Assembly (NCBI GenBank): GCA_038245785.1
Contig: JBBRSB010000001.1
Span: 128,001-192,000 of the forward strand
DNA: 64,000 nt
Direction of reading: 5' to 3'
From: Gloeobacterales cyanobacterium
GTDB lineage: Bacteria; Cyanobacteriota; Cyanobacteriia; Gloeobacterales; PMM-0068
The notes beneath the pieces were generated by a model. The model made no database searches and was not told where the DNA came from. It saw only the letters and a list, made by a program, of their open reading frames with translations. The position numbers were made by a program, and so were the translations under genes. Positions 47,764 to 58,221 of the stretch are shown piece after piece (within the stretch, counting starts at the first letter, position 1; the number at the start of each line of letters is the position of its first letter).

Positions 47764-50181
47764 TTACAACCTTAGCTTTTGGGAAGCCTTCGCTTTACGC
47801 AAAACCACACTATCGTTCGTAATTTCTTGGACTAACCAACCATTTCCGACCCGATCTCCTTTGGCAACATCGACACTTTTTTGATTTTCCCCTTGCTGAA
47901 CCTCAATAATCGCCAACCGATTTCCCCCTTGGTCAGCAATGGACTGGAGGCGAAATTTCTCTTGGCTCGCTGGCTTAGTCGTGGGTAAAGGCGCAGCCGC
48001 AGGTACAGGAGGCGGCGCAGGAGTCAGAGTAACGGGAGGATTGGATAAAGCTTGAGCAGGGGATTGGACTTCGGGATTAGGCACCGCTGCGGCAACAGAC
48101 GCTGGAACAGGTTTGGCCGCAGGAGGAGGAGTTGGAGGAGTGGCTAAGGAAGCACGGATGACATCAATCGATAGAGGATTCCAGGCTTGGGCAACAAGAC
48201 TATCGACCAATCCACCATTTTTGTGATTGTTGCGGATCGTGACCAAGAGACTGCCCACTGTTGCGGGCATTGGCGCGTAGGAGAAGGCCGCCAGATAGCG
48301 GTCGCCATAGTTTGCACCGAAGATTACATTTTGACCGCCTGGGTTCGGACTAGGACGGACTTGGAGATTGTCAGCGAGTAGGCTACCTTGGACTCCGAAA
48401 CTGCCCAGAATCTCTACGCCTCCGGTGGTGAACACCTGAGCTTTGATCTGTGCGAGGGGAAGAACTTTTCCTGGAATGCTTTTATACTCCAACCGGGTTA
48501 TCCGTCCGCGACCGACGCCTCCAATAGCTACCACTACCTCGGGGTCGCGTTCAGGATCGGAGGAATTGAGCAGTGCCGGTACCACTGCTACATCCTCACT
48601 AATCGCCACTACTCGCGTATCGAGGGGAAGCGTAATTTTACCAATCGTCACTGCCGAACGAGTACGCCGAATAATTCCCGATGGACTCTGGGGATCTGGG
48701 TTGGTCTCTTTGGTCACGAAGGTAATGGGCTGCCCTTCTTGATTCGCTAAGACGGTGGCAGGAGCCTCAGGACTCAGGGAACGAAAACGGATGGCTGGCT
48801 CTTTAGCAGGCTGGTTAGGATCTGGAGGCTGTTGGTTTTTCGGTGCTAGACCCGCGATTTGGTTTAGCGCTTGAGCACCTGGGTCTTGTGGCTTTGTATC
48901 TTCCTTATCTTCATCCTTGGCATTCACCAGAATCGAAAGACTATCCTCTGGATTTTCGGGCAATAAACTGAGATTTTCGAGGACTAAACTTCCCTGGACA
49001 ATCAGCGTGCCTCGCCCCCGATAGCGGAAGGCTGCAAAATTATCCGCTGTGATCGAAAGGGATTTGACTACGAGGATTCCATAGCGGGCTTTAGAAAAAT
49101 CGAAGACCCTTTCCTTTGCGTCATAGATCAGCTCTTTTTCGTCACTGAGCAGATTTTGGTCTTGGCGGAAATCCTTTGCTTGAGTTCCACGAGCGGCCAG
49201 CCAATCAATCAGCTTTTCTGGTAAGTAGGGCTCTAACGATTCTTGGGCCAGATGTTCTGGCGTTACTTTCCAACTGGCTGGAGACTCTACCGAAAGCCGA
49301 TCATTCGGCCCAGAAAAGATCAGGGCGTCGGACTTCAGATTGTCTCTGTAAAACTGATTGAGCGAGGGATCTTTCTCTTTGTCCAGTTTGGCGCTTAGCA
49401 CTTTGACGTTATTTTTGATGACCACGCTTTGAGCGGCCGTACTCTGTATCCACACGGGTCCGGTTACTTGAATCGCAGAGAAGGGTTGGTTGGAGCCTTC
49501 TATATTCAGAGCAGGAGCCTTGGCCTCTTTGCTTAGTAAAGTCAAACCGGATTCTGGGCGCTGATGGACCATGGGCTGATTGAGATTGACCGAAATTTCC
49601 AGGTTTTGGGAAAGTAGTTTCTTGGCTTGGGGATTCTTCTGTCCCAAGACTTCTCCGACCACATCTACCGTGCGTCGCGCCACGTTCGTCTTGCCTTCTG
49701 TTTGCAGCAGCGTTTCCAGATTGATTGGAAACCATTGGACAGGGCCAAAACGATAGAGCCACCAACGCTGTGCTCCGTCCTGCCTTAGCCAGGGAGCTGG
49801 GGTCTCTTCGTAGGCTGTCGGGAGCAGATCCTCGGTTACCAAATCATCTAAGGTGTTCTCGTCACTGGTGCCCAAAGGTTCTGTTTTTCGGAAACGGGCA
49901 AAATAGAGTTCATCTCCGTTAAAGCTAAGCTGCAAGGGACTTGTCCGGTCCGGTAAGGCTCCACCATCAGAAGCCACATCTAGCAAAATGGACTTCGCTT
50001 CCGTGCGCATAGTAGCCAGCCCACTCTCAGCCGCATAGCCTGCACCCACCCGACTGCGTTGCCAGACAGAACGTTGGAGCTGTTGACTACTGCTGAACAC
50101 CAGCGTCGTTACCAGGACCAAGAGCAGGGCACTGATAAAAACGACCAAGGGTAGGGACAAGCCCTTAGTATTTCTGTCCAT
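47764..50181 (-). CDS. Large PilX-like pseudopilin with Pro/Ala linker and C-terminal PilP/GspC-like domain
   Basis: KG|LSLPLVVFISALLLVL prepilin-like start without Glu5, AGYAAESGL PilX motif; C-terminal LAII...V..GDRVGNGWLV.EI...SVVL; start at MDRNTKG. Confidence 0.6.
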   Translation of the reverse strand: MDRNTKGLSLPLVVFISALLLVLVTTLVFSSSQQLQRSVWQRSRVGAGYAAESGLATMRTEAKSILLDVASDGGALPDRTSPLQLSFNGDELYFARFRKTEPLGTSDENTLDDLVTEDLLPTAYEETPAPWLRQDGAQRWWLYRFGPVQWFPINLETLLQTEGKTNVARRTVDVVGEVLGQKNPQAKKLLSQNLEISVNLNQPMVHQRPESGLTLLSKEAKAPALNIEGSNQPFSAIQVTGPVWIQSTAAQSVVIKNNVKVLSAKLDKEKDPSLNQFYRDNLKSDALIFSGPNDRLSVESPASWKVTPEHLAQESLEPYLPEKLIDWLAARGTQAKDFRQDQNLLSDEKELIYDAKERVFDFSKARYGILVVKSLSITADNFAAFRYRGRGTLIVQGSLVLENLSLLPENPEDSLSILVNAKDEDKEDTKPQDPGAQALNQIAGLAPKNQQPPDPNQPAKEPAIRFRSLSPEAPATVLANQEGQPITFVTKETNPDPQSPSGIIRRTRSAVTIGKITLPLDTRVVAISEDVAVVPALLNSSDPERDPEVVVAIGGVGRGRITRLEYKSIPGKVLPLAQIKAQVFTTGGVEILGSFGVQGSLLADNLQVRPSPNPGGQNVIFGANYGDRYLAAFSYAPMPATVGSLLVTIRNNHKNGGLVDSLVAQAWNPLSIDVIRASLATPPTPPPAAKPVPASVAAAVPNPEVQSPAQALSNPPVTLTPAPPPVPAAAPLPTTKPASQEKFRLQSIADQGGNRLAIIEVQQGENQKSVDVAKGDRVGNGWLVQEITNDSVVLRKAKASQKLRL

Positions 50182-50272
50182 GATTCGATGTGTAGCAGGC
50201 AACCTAGACAAGATCTTAATACCCGCCCGGCTCTCCACTATCCCATCTAAGTAGCCAGGTGGAATCAGAAGA

Positions 50273-50318
50273 CCCCCTATAGTCCCCCTTAGAAAGGGGG
50301 ACGGCGATAGCCGGGGGT
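50273..50318. repeat. Cyanobacterial small dispersed repeat (CCCCC-TTAGAAA-GGGGG type)
   Basis: CCCCCTATAGTCCCCCTTAGAAAGGGGGACGGCGATAGCCGGGGG with nested inverted C/G runs. Confidence 0.6.
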
Positions 50319-50461
50319 TAGTACGCACCCAACATAGAACCTTTGGGCCTCGGGATAAGGTAACGACTTTCTTCGTAACCCTTAAAATTCTTGTCAAAAA
50401 GAACGTTTAGACCGATGATTAAAGACTGTGTTTTTTAGTGGTAGCCCCGAAGGGCCTCTTT

Positions 50462-50887
50462 ATGGCGAAGAAAGTTTCAGCAATTGTAAAACTTGCCCTG
50501 CCTGCAGGGAAAGCAAACCCAGCCCCTCCTGTCGGCCCTGCTCTTGGTCAGCACGGCGTCAATATCATGATGTTCTGCAAAGAGTACAATGCCCGGACCG
50601 CCGATCAGGCGGGCATGATCATCCCTGCAGAGATCACTATTTTTGAAGACCGTTCCTTCACCTTTGTCCTGAAAACGCCTCCTGCCTCCGTCTTATTGAC
50701 GCAAGCAGCAGGAATACCCAAAGGTTCTGGCAAACCCAACACCGAAATGGTCGGGTCTATTAGCCGCGATAAGCTCAGGGAAATTGCAGAAGTCAAAAGG
50801 GTAGACCTCAATGCCAATGACATCGATGCCGCGATGAAGATTATTGCCGGAACCGCGCGCAATATGGGCATTGCCATCCAAGACTGA
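50462..50887 (+). CDS. rplK: 50S ribosomal protein L11
   Basis: [61 protein letters not shown]. Confidence 0.98.
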   Translation: MAKKVSAIVKLALPAGKANPAPPVGPALGQHGVNIMMFCKEYNARTADQAGMIIPAEITIFEDRSFTFVLKTPPASVLLTQAAGIPKGSGKPNTEMVGSISRDKLREIAEVKRVDLNANDIDAAMKIIAGTARNMGIAIQD

Positions 50888-50918
50888 TGTTTTTGCTTGG
50901 TTAATAATAAATAGATAG

Positions 50919-50948
50919 ATAGGGCAAGGCAAACGTCTTGTCCTATTT
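50919..50948 (+). terminator. Hairpin downstream of rplK (putative intrinsic terminator)
   Basis: ATAGGGCAAGGC-aaac-GTCTTGTCCTAT stem, short T tail. Confidence 0.6.
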
Positions 50949-51041
50949 GCTATGGACCCACTTTCCTAAGGCTTTGCAGAAGCTGACTCAAATTTGGCAT
51001 GCACATAGTATGGTGATCACTGGAAAGAAGGAGCCATCGGG

Positions 51042-51827
51042 ATGCTTGATCAAAAAATTTCTAGGGGGCAAGTTTATATTGTCGGAGCTGGCCCCGGAGA
51101 CCTGGACCTGATTACCGTGCGCGGGCAGAGACGCTTAGCGAGTGCAGATGTGGTGCTCTATACGGGTTCATTAGTCCCGGAGTACATGCTGGACTATTGC
51201 CAGCCAGAAGTTGAGCGCATTGATACCCGGTCTTTAGTGTTAGAAGAATGGTTGCCCCTGGTCCTGGAGCGCGTACAGGCTGGAAAAACGGTGGTTCGTC
51301 TGCAGGATGGGGACCCTTCGCTGTATGGTGCTCTACACGAACTGATGGTGAATCTTTGGAAGCATGAGGTGCCGTTTGAAATAGTGCCAGGGGTGAGTGC
51401 TTTTCAGGCCGCTGCCGCCCGTTTAAAGGTAGAACTAACCGTCCCAAACTTGGTCCAGAGCATCATCCTCACCCGTGCGCAAGGACAAACGGAAGTACCG
51501 AGCAGCGAAGACTTAGCCTCTCTTGCTGCCCATCGCGCTTCTTTGTGTCTCTATCTCAGTGCCCATCACTGCACCAAGGCTGAAGAACAGTTGCTCCTCC
51601 ACTATCCTCCTGAAACGCCAATGGCCCTTTGTTATCGTCTAGGCTGGCCGGATGAGCAGGTACAAATTGGGCGTTTGGATGAAATGGCCCAGCTCACCCG
51701 TGAGGCAAAACTAAACCGGACCGTGCTCTATATCATTAGCCCTGCCTTAGAGGGCTCCCCTGAAGCGCGTTCTCAGCTCTACAGTGCTGGACATGCCCAT
51801 ATCTTTCGGCCTCATCAAACGGCCTAA
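51042..51827 (+). CDS. cobM: Precorrin-4 C11-methyltransferase
   Basis: VGAGPGDLDLITVRG, YTGSLVP, RLQDGDPSLYG, ELTVP.LVQSIILTR, RSQLY..H.H.FR. Confidence 0.93.
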   Translation: MLDQKISRGQVYIVGAGPGDLDLITVRGQRRLASADVVLYTGSLVPEYMLDYCQPEVERIDTRSLVLEEWLPLVLERVQAGKTVVRLQDGDPSLYGALHELMVNLWKHEVPFEIVPGVSAFQAAAARLKVELTVPNLVQSIILTRAQGQTEVPSSEDLASLAAHRASLCLYLSAHHCTKAEEQLLLHYPPETPMALCYRLGWPDEQVQIGRLDEMAQLTREAKLNRTVLYIISPALEGSPEARSQLYSAGHAHIFRPHQTA

Positions 51828-51863
51828 GGATTGGCAATGCTTTGGTTATGCAGGAACTACAGA

Positions 51864-52529
51864 TTAATTAACCAACGTAGGGCCATCTTTTTGCTTATTT
51901 TTGAGATAGGCAAATACAGACTTATCACCAATATCTGGAGGAATCGCTTGGATTGCTTTGCGGAAAGCGAAGACCAGAAATAAGCTGGCCCAGATTCCTA
52001 AGAGGACCTGCTCCCAGAGAAGAGGCATCAGTCCAAACAGGTGCCCCAGAATAAGGACAGGAACGAGAAAGGTTAGGAACTTAGTCTCAAAGCGATTGAA
52101 ACAAAAAGTCTCTTTGAAGAAAATTCCAGTCAAGGCTGCGAAGGTAAATCCAATACCAAAGAGAGCTAGGGGCTGATTATAGATAGTCAAGGCCAGCGGT
52201 TGGGGGTCTTGCAGTTCAAACCATAAGGCCGCGATAGTGCCGATGCCCCAGAAGATTTGTAAGATGCGATGCAGCCAAGCCATATAGATATGAATCGTTG
52301 CTAAAGCCACACCCATCGCTATCGAAAAAATAAGATAGAGCACAGAGACTATATTCAGCACCAACGGGTCATTGCCCTGCCATAGGATAGCGGCTGTTCC
52401 GAGAGCAAAGCACACTGCTGCCACACCAAGCGCACCGCGATAGACAATCACGCTCTGACGGTCCTGGTCGGTAATGGTGAATTCACCAAATTGCCCTTGG
52501 TAGACTTCTGATTCGTGGAGACTCGTCAT
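51864..52529 (-). CDS. DUF2301 membrane protein
   Basis: YQGQFGEFTIT..DR..V..YR, IHIY, FFKETFCFNRFE, PPDIGDKSVF. Confidence 0.9.
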   Translation of the reverse strand: MTSLHESEVYQGQFGEFTITDQDRQSVIVYRGALGVAAVCFALGTAAILWQGNDPLVLNIVSVLYLIFSIAMGVALATIHIYMAWLHRILQIFWGIGTIAALWFELQDPQPLALTIYNQPLALFGIGFTFAALTGIFFKETFCFNRFETKFLTFLVPVLILGHLFGLMPLLWEQVLLGIWASLFLVFAFRKAIQAIPPDIGDKSVFAYLKNKQKDGPTLVN

Positions 52530-52827
52530 CGCTGGATCCTGTTTTAGTTTCTCTACGGCTAGTTTTCTGCCAGTAGATCTCGACTTTAGATCTCTAGCTT
52601 GGCAGATTTTAGGCTGGGAAACAGGGGTTCGTTACAAAGATCAGGAATAGCGTTTGATCAGGTGCTGAACCGAGAGGGCGGTGAAGTTCCACTGCCTGAA
52701 GATGTTCTGGATTGATTGGGAGAAGGGCACAGATGCACTGGAGTCTGCCTAACCTGTGTCTGTAAGGGTACGATATGAGGGTAAACCTTGACGCTAATCC
52801 TCCTGCTGGCCGATAAGGAGATATAAA

Positions 52828-53103
52828 GTGGCTGTACAGTTCCGAGAGAAAGCATTGATGGCGTATGAAACCATGCCATCGAATCAACAAAGTAAGGTTT
52901 CTCGGGTAATACAGCAGCTAGATGCCAACAACTCACAGCACTTAAATTCTCACATACTCAAGAATCAGGATTTAGATACGTGGGTAGTTAGGGTGGACAA
53001 AAGTGTGCGGCTACTCTTTACAAAAACCGATCAGGGCTTTTTGATAATTGATATTATCGACCGCAATAAGGAAGATATTAGTGATTACACTGCTTCCTTA
53101 TAA
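52828..53103 (+). CDS. Small RelE/ParE-like protein
   Basis: RBS AAGGAG; pattern V.F..KA...Y......Q.KV...I..L...WVVRV...VRLLF.....LIIDI. Confidence 0.55.
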   Translation: MAVQFREKALMAYETMPSNQQSKVSRVIQQLDANNSQHLNSHILKNQDLDTWVVRVDKSVRLLFTKTDQGFLIIDIIDRNKEDISDYTASL

Positions 53104-53180
53104 GTTTGACATCAACGAGTGTGATAAACAGCTCCAAGAACTGCAAAGCTTTCTAACAGCCAATCTAGAGATCAAAAAAG

Positions 53181-53678
53181 CTACACGCCTGCGGCTAGTT
53201 TTGTAACCCAGTCTTTTAGGGGTTCCCAACGCACTTTTTTCTTGTCATAGCCGACTTCCACAACGATTTTAAGCCGTTTCTCTCCATCGGCAAGCTTAAC
53301 TAAATAAGCAAGCTCCTGAGAAGACAAAACGTACCCTTCAATCAACCAGAGGAGTAGACCTTTTTGTTTGGGCGTCAGGGTTTGCAGCCCAGTCTGAATG
53401 ATTGGGGGGAAAGTTTGTGTATAGACGGAATTCTTGCCCAGATGAGCAGGCCGAATCGTGTAGTCCTCTGACAGAAAGCGGGCCATATCCCCTAAGCCAC
53501 GGGCCGACATGTGGATGGAGCCATAGCCTGTCGCCCTCATCCGCCGTTGATAATCACCTTCAAAACCGCCCATGTGCGGGTACCACAGGGCCAAAGAGTT
53601 ATTTTTTTCTAGGTCAGGAACGAAACTGCCGCCAGAACCAATGCCAAGGAAAACGCCCATAGGTAGAAATACGTTCAT
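53181..53678 (-). CDS. ndhN: NAD(P)H-quinone oxidoreductase subunit N
   Basis: GGFEG.YQRR.RA.GY, SARGLGD, RPAHLGK, KGL.LWLIEG.VLS.QEL.YL, KIVVEVG, RW.PL; exact start uncertain. Confidence 0.9.
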   Translation of the reverse strand: MNVFLPMGVFLGIGSGGSFVPDLEKNNSLALWYPHMGGFEGDYQRRMRATGYGSIHMSARGLGDMARFLSEDYTIRPAHLGKNSVYTQTFPPIIQTGLQTLTPKQKGLLLWLIEGYVLSSQELAYLVKLADGEKRLKIVVEVGYDKKKVRWEPLKDWVTKLAAGV

Positions 53679-53811
53679 TACATATTCTTAAGGCTAGCAC
53701 CGTTATGCACGAGTGGCGGGAGCTCAGCGAGGAGACCAAAATGGGAAGTATGAGTTAAACAGTAGAGAGAACGAGTAGTAAAGTGTCCCAGAGCATCTAT
53801 GGAGAGGACCG

Positions 53812-54831
53812 ATGACTAGTACCATGCCTACCAAGTTCGCTTTCACCGACATCAGCGGTAAAGCTTTTGAACATCCGGCGGACCGTGCTGCTACGGCGGC
53901 CTTGAAACAAATCCCCTTCTTGGATGTAGCGATTAAGAAGCTGATTGAATTTGGCTATGAGCGTTCCTACAGACAGTTCTTTCTGGCAAACTCCGTCAAA
54001 ATTGGTCCTGAGCAGCTGCCACACACCTGGATGCTTTTTGAAGATGCAATGGATGTCCTGGATATTGGCCCCTACCGCCCGGATCTATACGTTTTCCAGA
54101 ATCCTACCCGCAATGCTTTTACGCTCGGTGCAGACCGTCCGATTGTGGTCTTACAGTCCGGTTTGGTGTCCATGCTGGAGGACCGAGAACTCCAGAGTGT
54201 GATGGCTCATGAATTGGGGCATATCCTCTCTGAACATGTGATGTACAAGACCGCCCTGAATATCCTGCTCCAACTGGGAAACTCGGCCGTTGGCCTGGGT
54301 GCTTTGCCTCTCACAGCCCTGCGCTTGGCTTTACTAGAGTGGGACCGCGCTTCTGAATTGACCTGTGACCGCTGTGCCACCCTTATGGTCCGCGACCCGA
54401 TGGTTTACAGTGCAACCTTGATGAAACTGGCTGGAGGCGGAGTGCTGGAGAATTTGAACCTGAATGCCTTTATTAAACAAGCCGAAGCCTACGAAGAATC
54501 AGAAGATTACGCCGATAAGACGCTGCGCTTCATGCTGGAAATCGGGACCACCCATCCATTCCCCGTCCGGCGCGTCTCTGAACTGCTGCGCTGGGTGCGC
54601 TCTGGTAACTATGACCGGATTTTGCGGGGAGATTACATTCGCAGGGGCTACGAACCGCCCATGGATAAGGAATTTGAGCGGATGGTGGACCACTACTCCC
54701 GCACCTTCTCTGACCTCTTGGGTTCTGCAGGCAAAGGCTTAAAGGGATTTTCCAAGGATCTGGCGGATTGGCTAGACCGTCAAAATGAGCAGGTAAATCG
54801 GCAGCGTAGACAGCAAGAAGGCGAGTCTTAA
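53812..54831 (+). CDS. M48 family Zn metallopeptidase
   Basis: [31 protein letters not shown]. Confidence 0.92.
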   Translation: MTSTMPTKFAFTDISGKAFEHPADRAATAALKQIPFLDVAIKKLIEFGYERSYRQFFLANSVKIGPEQLPHTWMLFEDAMDVLDIGPYRPDLYVFQNPTRNAFTLGADRPIVVLQSGLVSMLEDRELQSVMAHELGHILSEHVMYKTALNILLQLGNSAVGLGALPLTALRLALLEWDRASELTCDRCATLMVRDPMVYSATLMKLAGGGVLENLNLNAFIKQAEAYEESEDYADKTLRFMLEIGTTHPFPVRRVSELLRWVRSGNYDRILRGDYIRRGYEPPMDKEFERMVDHYSRTFSDLLGSAGKGLKGFSKDLADWLDRQNEQVNRQRRQQEGES

Positions 54832-54883
54832 TCACAAGAGCCCTAAGCTGTGGCAGTCTGGAGGAATAGTTATCTCTTCTGAC

Positions 54884-56104
54884 ATGAATACGATGGCGTC
54901 CGCTTCCCTGCTTGCTGAACTTGCTGATGACACGTCCACCTCGATTCCGAGACGCAAAACCCGTCCTGTGCCCGTGGGCTCAGTGATCATTGGCGGCGAG
55001 CATCCCGTAGTCGTCCAGTCGATGATCAATGAAGACACTCTAGACATTGAAGGCTCCGTGCGGGCGATTCGGGAGCTGCATGAGCTGGGTTGTGAATTGG
55101 TACGGGTAACGGTACCTAGCTTGAGCCATGCGCGTGCCCTCGAAAAGATTCGCAAAATCTTAGAAGACACCTATCAACCTGTGCCCTTGGTGGCGGATGT
55201 CCATCATGACGGTTTGAAAATTGCCCTGGAAGTAGCTAAGCACGTAGATAAAGTGCGTATTAATCCTGGCCTTTTTGTTTTTGAGCGTCGGCGTACTTCT
55301 GGAGAATATAGCCAAGAAGAACTGAATGCCGTCCACCAGTCGATTGTGGAATCGTTGAAGCCCCTTGTAGAGAGTCTGGCGAGCCAGAATAAGGCGATGC
55401 GCATCGGTGTGAATCATGGCTCTCTGGCAGAGCGGATGCTCTACATGTATGGGGACACACCCTTGGGCATGGTGGAATCGGCCCTGGAATTCGTGCAAAT
55501 TTGTGAGCAATTGGACTATCACAATTTGGTGATCTCGTTCAAGGCTTCCCGCGTCCCGGTCATGTTGGCCGCCTACCGTTTGGCCGCTCGCCGCTTCGAT
55601 GCTTTAGGACTGGACTATCCCTTTCACCTAGGCGTCACCGAAGCAGGCGACGGCGAATATGGTCGAATTAAATCGACCGCTGGCATTGGAACGCTGTTGG
55701 CAGAAGGCATAGGCGATACGATCCGCGTTTCCTTGACCGAAGATCCGAAGAAGGAAATCCCTGTCTGCTATGGCATTCTCCAAGCCTTGGGCCTACGCAA
55801 AACGATGGTCGAATACGTCGCTTGCCCTAGCTGCGGACGGACCTTGTTCAACCTGGAAGAAGTCCTGCACAAAGTTCGTCAAGCTACGATTCACCTGACT
55901 GGATTAGACATTGCCGTCATGGGTTGTATTGTGAACGGCCCCGGAGAGATGGCCGACGCTGATTATGGCTATGTTGGCAAAGGTCTAGGAACGATTGCCC
56001 TTTATCGCGGCAAAGAAGAAATCAAACGGGTGCCCGAAGCAGAAGGGGTAGACCAATTGGTCGCCCTGATCAAATCAGATGGTCGTTGGGTAGACCCAGA
56101 ATAA
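54884..56104 (+). CDS. ispG: 4-hydroxy-3-methylbut-2-en-1-yl diphosphate synthase
   Basis: [55 protein letters not shown]. Confidence 0.97.
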   Translation: MNTMASASLLAELADDTSTSIPRRKTRPVPVGSVIIGGEHPVVVQSMINEDTLDIEGSVRAIRELHELGCELVRVTVPSLSHARALEKIRKILEDTYQPVPLVADVHHDGLKIALEVAKHVDKVRINPGLFVFERRRTSGEYSQEELNAVHQSIVESLKPLVESLASQNKAMRIGVNHGSLAERMLYMYGDTPLGMVESALEFVQICEQLDYHNLVISFKASRVPVMLAAYRLAARRFDALGLDYPFHLGVTEAGDGEYGRIKSTAGIGTLLAEGIGDTIRVSLTEDPKKEIPVCYGILQALGLRKTMVEYVACPSCGRTLFNLEEVLHKVRQATIHLTGLDIAVMGCIVNGPGEMADADYGYVGKGLGTIALYRGKEEIKRVPEAEGVDQLVALIKSDGRWVDPE

Positions 56105-56124
56105 TGCATCCAACCCAACATTCC

Positions 56125-56152
56125 GTAGAGGCGCAATATATTGCGCCTCTGC
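56125..56152. repeat. GTAG-type REP-like palindrome after ispG
   Basis: GTAGAGGCGCAATATATTGCGCCTCTGC with perfect 24-bp palindrome 56127-56150. Confidence 0.75.
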
Positions 56153-56214
56153 TTGCGCATCCCAATAATTGACGTCCACAAAAAATCCAATGTCAGCATC
56201 CCGATAATTAATAT

Positions 56215-56499
56215 TCACGAAAAATTCAGGGGCAGCGAAACAGCCTTACCTACGCGAGGCCGTTCCTTAGTTTGTGCAATAAAAGTTCGTACTTGATCAC
56301 TGACAGCCCACTCATCTAGAAAGTAAGAAATTCTTTCTAAACGTTGCGCATATTGTTCTTCTGTAAACGGAAAAGAAGCCTGTCCTAAGTAGGCCCACAT
56401 CACCTGGAAGAACCTACGTTCCCCACGCACAGCCACTTGGACATCGTAGGACCGATCCCACTTGTCTTCAATCAGTTGTCTTAGTTCACTACCAGTCAT
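56215..56499 (-). CDS. DUF3067 family protein
   Basis: MTG.EL..L...KW.RSYDVQ, QVMW.YL.QASFP.TE, RPR.GKAVS.PL; divergent from petC. Confidence 0.92.
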   Translation of the reverse strand: MTGSELRQLIEDKWDRSYDVQVAVRGERRFFQVMWAYLGQASFPFTEEQYAQRLERISYFLDEWAVSDQVRTFIAQTKERPRVGKAVSLPLNFS

Positions 56500-56613
56500 A
56501 GGTTTCGTTGCAGTTCTTTACATTGAATAAGGGGATCAGATCGCCTCTTTCCGTTAAGATGTGTGTGCAGAATTTATTAACCTTTTACGAGCTCCTCCGT
56601 TCCAGGGTATTCC

Positions 56614-57168
56614 ATGACACAAAACGTTGAACAAATTCCTGTTGGCCGCCGTCAGTTTCTCACATTCTTGACAGGGGGAGCTATCACTGGAGTTACGCTA
56701 GCAGCTCTCTATCCAGTGATTTCGTATTTTACTCCTCCTACCGCTGCTGGTGCTGGCGCTGGCGTCGTAGCCAAGGATGGACTGGGTAAAGAAATTAAAG
56801 TGAGTGCCTTATTAGCTACTGCTGCACCCAGTGCACACATCATTTCTCAGGGACTCACTATCAAAGGTGGGGATGCTACCTATATCGTAGTCACCGATGC
56901 CAAGCAAGTCGCTAACTACGGTGTGAATGCAGTCTGCACCCACTTAGGTTGTGTTGTCCCTTATGATGCTGGAGCAGGAAAGTTCCAATGCCCTTGTCAT
57001 GGTTCGCAATACGCTGCTGACGGTGGCTTGCTGCGTGGACCGGCTCCCCAACCGCTGGCTTTGGCAAAAGCCGCTGTAAAGGATGACAAAGTAGTCTTCT
57101 CTCCCTGGGAAGGGGATGACTTCCGTAGCACTCCCATGTGGAGCCAGAAAAAGCCGTGGTGGTCGTAA
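56614..57168 (+). CDS. petC: Cytochrome b6f Rieske iron-sulfur subunit
   Basis: Tat RRQFL, NAVCTHLGCVVP, FQCPCHGSQY, RGPAP. Confidence 0.97.
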   Translation: MTQNVEQIPVGRRQFLTFLTGGAITGVTLAALYPVISYFTPPTAAGAGAGVVAKDGLGKEIKVSALLATAAPSAHIISQGLTIKGGDATYIVVTDAKQVANYGVNAVCTHLGCVVPYDAGAGKFQCPCHGSQYAADGGLLRGPAPQPLALAKAAVKDDKVVFSPWEGDDFRSTPMWSQKKPWWS

Positions 57169-57191
57169 ACCTTAAGAGAAGTAAGTCCCCG

Positions 57192-58172
57192 ATGAAAAAA
57201 TTTCTAGCACTCACCGTATCCATGCTGACCCTTTTCGCAGCAGGTTCCGCTCAAGCTTATCCTCAGTTCGCGGCCAACTACAAAGAAGCACGGGACGCCT
57301 CCGGACGTATTGCCTGTGCTAACTGCCATTTAGGCGTTAAAGAGACTGAAGTTGAGCTTCCTCAGACCATTTTGCCCGGCCAAGTGTTCGAAGCCAAAAT
57401 CAAAGTTCCCTACGACAACAAGGCTCAAGAAGTCTATGCCGATGGGAGCAAAGGACCGCTCCAGGTAGGCGCGATTCTGATTATGCCCAAAGGTTTCCGT
57501 CTGGCTGAAGGCAAGGAAATCCCCAAGGAACTCGCAGAAAAAATCGAGAAAGGAGTTCTTCCCTCAGCGGCTCCAATTGCGGATGACAAACCCTATGAGC
57601 TGCTCGTGGGCCCTCATCCTGGTGCGGACCTGCCAGATAAAGAAATCGTCATCCCCGTGAAAGCTCCAGATCCTGGTGTGGATAAGAAGGTCAACTTTGG
57701 TAAGTACTCCTTCTACTTTGGTGGGAACCGAGGTCGGGGTCAGGTCTATCCCACGGGAACTGCCAGCAACAATGCAGTATTTACAGCCAAGGCAGAAGGT
57801 ACTATTGCCAACATCCAAAAAGGCGTGAAAGTCACACTGGGTACTGGGGAGGGTGCTACTGATTACGAAAAGGGAGCCTTGATTACAATCAAGACTAAAG
57901 AAGGTAAGCAAGACGTTGAAAAAATCCCACCCGGACCTGAATTGAAGGTTAAAGTCGGCGATGCGGTAAAAGTCGGCGATCCCTTAACCAACGATCCCAA
58001 TGTCGGCGGCTATGGTCAGGCGGAGCGAGACATTGTTCTGCAGGATCCTCAGCGTGTAGTTTGGCTCTTAGTAGCACTGGGTGCTGCCTTCCTTTGCCAG
58101 TTGCTTCTAGTGCTTAAGAAGAAACAGGTGGAGAAAGTACAAGAGTATGAGGCCCAGCAGCAAGGACTGTAA
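57192..58172 (+). CDS. petA: Apocytochrome f
   Basis: Signal AQA|YP, CANCH, GGNRGRGQVYPTG..SNN, LTNDPNVGG.GQ, LVLKKKQVEKVQ. Confidence 0.97.
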   Translation: MKKFLALTVSMLTLFAAGSAQAYPQFAANYKEARDASGRIACANCHLGVKETEVELPQTILPGQVFEAKIKVPYDNKAQEVYADGSKGPLQVGAILIMPKGFRLAEGKEIPKELAEKIEKGVLPSAAPIADDKPYELLVGPHPGADLPDKEIVIPVKAPDPGVDKKVNFGKYSFYFGGNRGRGQVYPTGTASNNAVFTAKAEGTIANIQKGVKVTLGTGEGATDYEKGALITIKTKEGKQDVEKIPPGPELKVKVGDAVKVGDPLTNDPNVGGYGQAERDIVLQDPQRVVWLLVALGAAFLCQLLLVLKKKQVEKVQEYEAQQQGL

Positions 58173-58192
58173 GGTCATTACACGACTTCTGT

Positions 58193-58221
58193 CACCCCTG
58201 GCTTAGGCTGGGGGTGTTTTT
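58193..58221 (+). terminator. Intrinsic terminator after petA
   Basis: CACCCCTGGC-ttag-GCTGGGGGTG followed by TTTTT. Confidence 0.75.

Noticed and set aside
50182..50397. 72-aa extension of the PilX-like ORF
   Set aside because: It runs through a dispersed repeat and the rplK upstream region; the prepilin-like motif starts at 50181.
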